NCBI GenBank assembly: GCA_964433415.1
Contig: CAYSQM010000006.1
Location: 2,755 to 66,754, forward strand
Direction of reading: 5' to 3'
Source of the DNA: an uncultured Pseudomonadota bacterium
GTDB lineage: Bacteria; Babelota; Babeliae; Babelales; CAIQNR01
Length of the DNA: 64,000 nt
In this document: in pieces, positions 58,541 through 64,000 of the stretch
Layout of the letters: every line of letters starts with the position of its first letter
Position numbering within the stretch: the stretch's first letter is position 1
Position numbers and translations under genes: made by a program
The notes under the pieces: generated by a model
Seen by the model: only the letters and a program-made list of their open reading frames with translations
The model's database searches: none
Told to the model about the DNA's origin: nothing

Positions 58541-61500
58541 TGACTTCCTCCTTGCCGATTCTGCAGAGATCTATTTGTAATCCAAGACTCTGTAACTCTT
58601 TAATGAACACATTAAACGATTCTGGTAAACCTGGTTCAGGGATTTCTTCACCACGAACAATAGCATCATAAACACGATGTCTACCATTAACGTCATCTGA
58701 TTTATAGGTAAGCATTTCTTGCAATGCGTATGCCGCACCATGTGCTTCTAATGCCCAAACTTCCATTTCACCAAGACGCTGTCCACCAAATTGAGCTTTA
58801 CCACCCAATGGTTGTTGAGTAACTAATGAGTATGGTCCAACCGAACGAGCATGCAATTTATCATCAACCATATGATCTAATTTCATCATATAAGTACAAC
58901 CAACCATAACTGGCTGATTAAAGTGCTCACCAGTTCTTCCATCTCGTAAATTATACATACCATTAACTGGTAAATGTAAATAACTTAATAATGGTTGAAT
59001 ATCTCGTTCAAAATCGGGCCCTTCAAATACAGGAACCTTGAAATAGAAACCTGCCGCAGCTATTTTATGTGCTAATTCTTCAAGCGCTTGTTCACCATTG
59101 CTTTGAGCATAAGCTTCAACAAATTCTAATCCAAAAAGATCAGTAAGCATAGTCTTAACTACAGAATAACCTTGCTCTACAAGAGACTGTTTAACCTTTT
59201 GTCCAATTGTATATCCTGCAAATCCAAGAATTGCTTCCAAAATTTGACCAACGTTCATACGAGAAGGAACACCAAGCGGGTTAAGCACAACATCTACTGA
59301 TGTACCATCTTCTAAGTAAGGCATATCTTCACGAGGAACAATATTTGAAATTACCCCTTTATTTCCGTGACGACCTGCTATTTTATCCCCAACAGAAATA
59401 TGTCGCTTCATAGCAACATACACCTTAACCATTTTTATAACACCTGATGGAAGTGGATCACCTTTTTTCAATTTGTTGATTTTTTCTTCTTTTAATCCTT
59501 GCAAAACTTGCAATTGAATAGTGTAAGAAGAAACTGCTTGTTCAATCAATTCATTTGCTTCAACGTCACCACTGCAACGTATATTAAATAAATCTGTAAT
59601 GTTCAATTCAAGCAATTTTACATCATCAAATAAACCAGCTTTATTAAGAACAGATTCATTTCCTTTTCCTACAGGTTTTTTACCTGAAAGATACGCAATC
59701 ACTTTTCCAGTGATCATCTTACCAAGAAGATGCATATGCTGTTCAAAATCAGTTTCAAGTTTTTTGATCTGCTTTATAACTTCATCTTTATAACGCTTAT
59801 CTTTACGAATACCACTTCGAGAGAAAATTTTAACATCAACGACCATGCCTTCTACCCCAGGCGGTACGCGCAACGAAGTATCTCTTACTTCGCGTGATTT
59901 TTCACCAAAAATTGCATGTAATAATTTTTCTTCAGGAGAATATTGTACATCACCTTTAAGTGTAACTTTACCAACTAAAATGTCGCCGGGCTTAACACGT
60001 GAACCAACATGAACAATACCATCTTCATCAAGACCTTCCAACGATGATTCTCCAACATTTGGAATATCACGCGTAATTTCTTCAGGCCCTAACTTAGTAT
60101 CACGAGCATCAACTACATATTCTTCTAAAGTTACAGAAGTAAATACATCATCAAACACTAAACGCTGGCTCAGCACGATAGCATCTTCAAAATTGTACCC
60201 ATGCCATGGCATATAAGCAACTATTAAATTTGCACCAAGCGCTAACTCACCATTATCCATTGAAGCGCCATTTGTTAAAACTTCACCAGTTTTAACAATA
60301 TCTCCACGTTTAACAATAGGTGTATGATGCACCCAAGTACTCATGCTTGATTTTTGGAATTTTCTTAAATGATAAATGTCAACCCCTTGGGTTACCCAAG
60401 AATCAAAATTTTCAAACTCATTTTCATTTGCTCTAATAATAATTTTATCAGCAGAAACATACTCCACTATCCCTGAACGACGTGCTGCTACTAATGAATT
60501 TGAAGATTTTCCAATCTCTTTTTCCATACCAGTACCAATCAATGGCGCATTTGTTTTAATAAGCGGCACAGCTTGGCGTTGCATGTTTGAACCCATAAGC
60601 GCACGAGACGCATCGTCATGTTCTAAAAATGGTATTAAGGCTGTTGAAACAGACACTAACTGTTTTGGTGATAAATCGATACAATCAACTTTATCAGTTT
60701 TTACAACTTCAAAATTTGTGTTATGACGTACAACCACAGAATCAGTTTTAATCACTGACTTTCCTGGTTCTACAGCATCTGCTTGCGCAATATAACGATC
60801 GTTTTCTTCAAATGCATCCAAAAAGATTACAGTCTCTTCTTCAATCTTACCTTTTTTAACATTACGGTAAGCAGTTTCAATGAAACCAAGATCATTAACC
60901 GTTGCATAAGTAGACAATGAAGAAATCAAACCAATTGTTTGACCTTCAGGAGTTTCAATTGGACAAATACGACCATAGTGAGAAGTATGCACATCACGTA
61001 CTTCATAAGTAGCGCGATCTTTTAATACACCACCGGGTCCGAGAGCAGAAAGACGCCTTTTATGCGCAATTTCTGATAACGGATTTGTTTGATCCATAAA
61101 CTGAGACAATTGTCCAGTTCCAAAAAATTCTCTTAACACTGCCCCTAATGGCTTTACATTAAGAAGATCTTGTGGCATCAAAGTACCAAAGGCTTCTTGC
61201 ATTCTAAAACGTTCTTTCACAATACGTTCTATACGCAAGAACCCAAGATGCACCTGATTACTTAATAATTCACCTACAAGACGCACACGTCTATTGCCTA
61301 AATGATCAATATCATCAAGCTCGCCTTCTGCGCGTTCACGTAATCCAACTAAATATTTAACGGTAGCAATAAAATCTTCACGCGTTAATACATGAATATC
61401 TTCAGCAACAGAAAGACCTAACTTTCTATTCATCCTAATTCGTCCAACACGCGTTAAATCATAATAACGAGGGTTAAAGAAAATAGTATTAATACGTTCT

Positions 61501-62864
61501 TTTATTTCTTCAAGAGAAGAGTTATCGCCGGGCCATACTTTGGTATGAAACTCTTTAAGCGCTTCTTCTTGTGAATAACAATCATCATAAGAAAGAGTTT
61601 TTGCAATAGTTGGTTGAAATACATAACCAGATGTTGAAACTAGTTGCACAACAATTTCATTAATCTTAGATAATCTATCAAATAAATCTTGATTAATAAC
61701 TTGACTACGCTCAGCTAAAATTTCACCAGTTGTAGCATCAATAATATCTGCTGCAAGCGTTCTATTTAAAAGATGCACATCAGAAAATAATAATTTTTTT
61801 ATTTTTAAGGAATCAAATTCTTCAATAAGTTCTTTAGTTAAGCGTTTTCCAATAAATGAATCATGTTCATCATCGAGCATTCCTTTTTCAATACGACGTC
61901 CAATTAAATTGGTATCAATCTTTGTAAAGATTTCACCTTTTTTAAAAGTTACCGTATCAATAGAATAAAATAGAGGAATTATCTCATCACGAGGAATTCC
62001 AAGAGCTTGCAAGAAGGTAGTAACAAGAAATTTCTTTTTCTTATCAATACGAACATACAAATAATCACTACTATCAAACTCAAAATCAACCCACGACCCA
62101 CGCATTGGAATAATGCGAGCAATAAAGTAAGGTCTGCCACGTACGTCTTTTACTTTTTTACTTTGTGCAAAAATAACGCCTGGAGAACGATGAAGCTGGC
62201 TAACCACAACACGATCGATACCATTAATTAAAAATGTTCCTTCATTTCCAAGCTCAAATCTTCCTTTATCAAGAATAAGATCGGTCATAACAGGAACATC
62301 TGCAAAGAAAATACTTTGCTCTTTTATATCTCTAACTGTGCGATTTTTGCCTTCACCATCCCAGCTCAATAATTGCATTTTAACTTTAAGTGGCAATGAA
62401 AAAGTTTGTCCATTAGCACGACACTCATCTACAGTCATTGCTAATTGAACAGTAACACGCGACAAACAAGTTGCACATGTTTTATAACGAGCTGTCTTTT
62501 TTTTACAATGTAAACAAGACATATCTTCTGAGAGACGAGAACAATCAGACTTTTTACATGAAGTACAAGTCCAATAATAACGTTCTTCTATTCCCTTTAG
62601 CTTTCCGCACGTACAGGCCCAATCTCCCAATTCATAACTCACATATTCCAATGAGAGCTTGTCCCCATACTCCACTGGAAAAACATCTTTTAAAACTTTT
62701 TCTAACCCAACAGTCTTCCTCTCAGAAGGAAGAAAATCAAGTTGAACAAGTTCATTGAAAGATCTTGATTGAATCTCAATCAAATTTGGAACAGGTATAA
62801 TATCATCAACCTTATTAAAAGATTTACGAATTAACCCTTTTCCCATTACCTGCAGGCTACTCAT
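58533..62864 (-). CDS. rpoB: DNA-directed RNA polymerase beta subunit (1443 aa, with Cys-rich N-terminal insertion)
   Basis: GTFLINGIDRVVVSQLHRSPGV, rif-region FFGTGQLSQFMDQTNPLSEIAHKRRLSALGPGG and GDKIAGRHGNKGVIS. 8-nt overlap with rpoC. Confidence 0.98.
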   Translation of the reverse strand: MSSLQVMGKGLIRKSFNKVDDIIPVPNLIEIQSRSFNELVQLDFLPSERKTVGLEKVLKDVFPVEYGDKLSLEYVSYELGDWACTCGKLKGIEERYYWTCTSCKKSDCSRLSEDMSCLHCKKKTARYKTCATCLSRVTVQLAMTVDECRANGQTFSLPLKVKMQLLSWDGEGKNRTVRDIKEQSIFFADVPVMTDLILDKGRFELGNEGTFLINGIDRVVVSQLHRSPGVIFAQSKKVKDVRGRPYFIARIIPMRGSWVDFEFDSSDYLYVRIDKKKKFLVTTFLQALGIPRDEIIPLFYSIDTVTFKKGEIFTKIDTNLIGRRIEKGMLDDEHDSFIGKRLTKELIEEFDSLKIKKLLFSDVHLLNRTLAADIIDATTGEILAERSQVINQDLFDRLSKINEIVVQLVSTSGYVFQPTIAKTLSYDDCYSQEEALKEFHTKVWPGDNSSLEEIKERINTIFFNPRYYDLTRVGRIRMNRKLGLSVAEDIHVLTREDFIATVKYLVGLRERAEGELDDIDHLGNRRVRLVGELLSNQVHLGFLRIERIVKERFRMQEAFGTLMPQDLLNVKPLGAVLREFFGTGQLSQFMDQTNPLSEIAHKRRLSALGPGGVLKDRATYEVRDVHTSHYGRICPIETPEGQTIGLISSLSTYATVNDLGFIETAYRNVKKGKIEEETVIFLDAFEENDRYIAQADAVEPGKSVIKTDSVVVRHNTNFEVVKTDKVDCIDLSPKQLVSVSTALIPFLEHDDASRALMGSNMQRQAVPLIKTNAPLIGTGMEKEIGKSSNSLVAARRSGIVEYVSADKIIIRANENEFENFDSWVTQGVDIYHLRKFQKSSMSTWVHHTPIVKRGDIVKTGEVLTNGASMDNGELALGANLIVAYMPWHGYNFEDAIVLSQRLVFDDVFTSVTLEEYVVDARDTKLGPEEITRDIPNVGESSLEGLDEDGIVHVGSRVKPGDILVGKVTLKGDVQYSPEEKLLHAIFGEKSREVRDTSLRVPPGVEGMVVDVKIFSRSGIRKDKRYKDEVIKQIKKLETDFEQHMHLLGKMITGKVIAYLSGKKPVGKGNESVLNKAGLFDDVKLLELNITDLFNIRCSGDVEANELIEQAVSSYTIQLQVLQGLKEEKINKLKKGDPLPSGVIKMVKVYVAMKRHISVGDKIAGRHGNKGVISNIVPREDMPYLEDGTSVDVVLNPLGVPSRMNVGQILEAILGFAGYTIGQKVKQSLVEQGYSVVKTMLTDLFGLEFVEAYAQSNGEQALEELAHKIAAAGFYFKVPVFEGPDFERDIQPLLSYLHLPVNGMYNLRDGRTGEHFNQPVMVGCTYMMKLDHMVDDKLHARSVGPYSLVTQQPLGGKAQFGGQRLGEMEVWALEAHGAAYALQEMLTYKSDDVNGRHRVYDAIVRGEEIPEPGLPESFNVFIKELQSLGLQIDLCRIGKEEVSE

Positions 62865-62879
62865 TCAGCTGCTCCTCAT

Positions 62880-62915
62880 AAAAAACGGCATTCCCATTTG
62901 CAAAACCTTATTGCC
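62880..62915 (-). promoter_or_regulatory. possible rplL-rpoB intergenic attenuator (weak hairpin + T-run)
   Basis: Minus strand reads GGCA...TGCC closing a ~20-nt loop, followed by GTTTTTT, then GAGGAG and the rpoB ATG. An attenuator at this position is known in E. coli. Confidence 0.25.
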
Positions 62916-62932
62916 TCATTACAACTAGGAAC

Positions 62933-63313
62933 TTAGCTAAGTTCTACTTTAGCACCAGCAGCTTCCAAAATTTCCTTCATCTTAAGCGCATCAGCTTTTG
63001 GAGCTGATTCAGCTATAACTGTAGGAGCTTCTTCAACTGCTCTTTTAGCTTCTGGTAAGCCTAAAGTAGTAATTACTTGACGCAAAGCTTTAATGGTTTT
63101 AATTTTTTCTGGACCACTTTCTTTTAGCGTTACTTTATATTCAGATTTTTCTTCTGATTTAGCTGATTCTTCAGCGCCGCCAGCTACAGATGCTGACATC
63201 ATAGGAGCATCAGAAATATTAAATTTTTCCTTGAGTTCTGTTACTAAAGCAGAAAGTTCAAGTATTGTCATATTTCCAATTTGTTCAATTAATTTTTCAT
63301 TATTAGCCGCCAT
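62933..63313 (-). CDS. rplL: 50S ribosomal protein L7/L12
   Basis: LIEQIGNMTILELSALVTELKEKF, Ala/Glu hinge and KIKTIKALRQVTTLGLPEAKRAVE-type C-terminal domain. Confidence 0.95.
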   Translation of the reverse strand: MAANNEKLIEQIGNMTILELSALVTELKEKFNISDAPMMSASVAGGAEESAKSEEKSEYKVTLKESGPEKIKTIKALRQVITTLGLPEAKRAVEEAPTVIAESAPKADALKMKEILEAAGAKVELS

Positions 63314-63359
63314 TATGGCTCCCTTACAAAAAGAGATTAATAGTTACAACAAAACCGAT

Positions 63360-63887
63360 TTATTCAGATTCTTTTTTTTCAACTGCTTGTGCATTATCTG
63401 TTGATGCATTTGCTATCATGCCTTGCAAAACCCTTACCATTTCTGACATTGGAGATTGCAATACGCCCACAAGATAGGCAAGCATTATTTCACGAGGAGG
63501 AAGAGCTGCTATTGCTTTGATTGATTTTGCATCAAAAATTTTAGCATCCATATAGCCAGCGATAACTTTAAAAGCATCTGCCTCTTTAGTAAATGTACAT
63601 AAAATTTTTGCAACGCTTACCGCATCTTTTTTAGCAAAAACTAATGCAATTTGCTCTTTCATGTAGGGGCTAAAATCTGATTCTTTATCCCCACCCATCA
63701 ATGCTCGTTTCATCAACCTAACTTTGGCTATTTGTAAACGTGCATCACCTTCACGCAATTTCTTACGTAATTTTTCAACTTTTTCTACTGTCAAACCTTT
63801 AACATTCACTACAAACGAAGCTGCGCTTGTTGAAAAATCTTCTTTTAAAGAAGTTATAACAACCCCTTTTTGTTGTTTATTTAACAT
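63360..63887 (-). CDS. rplJ: 50S ribosomal protein L10
   Basis: Position upstream of rplL, 175 aa, and VVNVKGLTVEKVEKLRKKLRE...ARLQIAKVRLMKRAL. Confidence 0.9.
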   Translation of the reverse strand: MLNKQQKGVVITSLKEDFSTSAASFVVNVKGLTVEKVEKLRKKLREGDARLQIAKVRLMKRALMGGDKESDFSPYMKEQIALVFAKKDAVSVAKILCTFTKEADAFKVIAGYMDAKIFDAKSIKAIAALPPREIMLAYLVGVLQSPMSEMVRVLQGMIANASTDNAQAVEKKESE

Positions 63888-63899
63888 TTTCAGCCCTTA

Positions 63900-64000
63900 T
63901 TATTTGACTACTTCGTCTGGTTGAACACAGCTTCCAACACCCATAGTAGAAGACAAGGTAATTTTTCTAATAAATTTACCCTTAGATGAAGCTGGCTTTG
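63900..64000 (-). CDS. rplA: 50S ribosomal protein L1, C-terminal fragment (cut by window edge)
   Basis: Reverse translation gives KPASSKGKFIRKITLSSTMGVGSCVQPDEVVK*, matching the L1 C-terminus (KP...KG.Y....L.STMGPG), with the canonical position before rplJ. Confidence 0.8.
   Translation of the reverse strand, partial: KPASSKGKFIRKITLSSTMGVGSCVQPDEVVK

Noticed and set aside
58533-62864. ORF-track entries on the plus strand inside rpoB (59599-59793, 60376-60726, 62007-62231, 62471-62758), and similar shadow ORFs in pnp (52454-52726, 53732-53938), rph (51662-51844) and lon (42410-42625, 43466-43669).
   Set aside because: They lie antisense within strongly conserved genes, have odd composition (Ser/Phe/Cys-rich), no RBS and no recognisable motifs. 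They are typical shadow frames.
63093-63404. 103-aa plus-strand ORF spanning the rplL/rplJ junction.
   Set aside because: It is antisense to two ribosomal protein genes and is a shadow frame.

Overview
AT-rich (about one-third G+C by eye), densely packed bacterial chromosome segment using the standard code (TGA is a stop, TGG is Trp). I count about 60 protein genes, one tRNA and the RNase P RNA. Most of it is housekeeping. A minus-strand block rplA(partial)-rplJ-rplL-rpoB-rpoC-tRNA-Val-rpsO-pnp-rph fills 51.1-64 kb. The rest includes rpsU-rbfA, tsaC, folC, cysK, tmk-holB-dciA-like-murG, a class A PBP, gpsA, uppS, yhhQ-tgt, rsmA, mreB, pyrG, lon, cmk and recJ. Two secreted proteins ending in Phe look like outer-membrane beta-barrels, so the organism is probably diderm. 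I found no rRNA, CRISPR array, transposase, integrase or prophage genes. The compact layout, salvage and transport genes and secreted LRR proteins suggest a host-associated, possibly intracellular lineage such as Dependentiae/TM6; this is inference only. Five things stand out. (1) An F0-only cluster (atpI-like, subunit a) ends in a single 322-aa gene that reads as four fused c-subunit hairpins, one lacking the carboxylate, with no b or F1 genes adjacent. (2) A tandem family of secreted LRR proteins has divergent repeat cores between near-identical 5' and 3' ends (229-bp direct repeat). Their shared tail is a hydrophobic helix, a polybasic stretch and a terminal CVIS, which is a eukaryotic CaaX-type box. 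A decayed third copy lies next to them. (3) The rpoB N-terminal region carries a roughly 60-aa insertion with nine Cys. (4) A 775-aa, nearly uncharged Ser/Thr/Asn/Pro/Gly-rich secreted protein sits between murG and the PBP. (5) Six of ten convergent gene pairs overlap at their 3' ends. All functional calls come from motifs read by eye in the supplied translations; no database search was possible.
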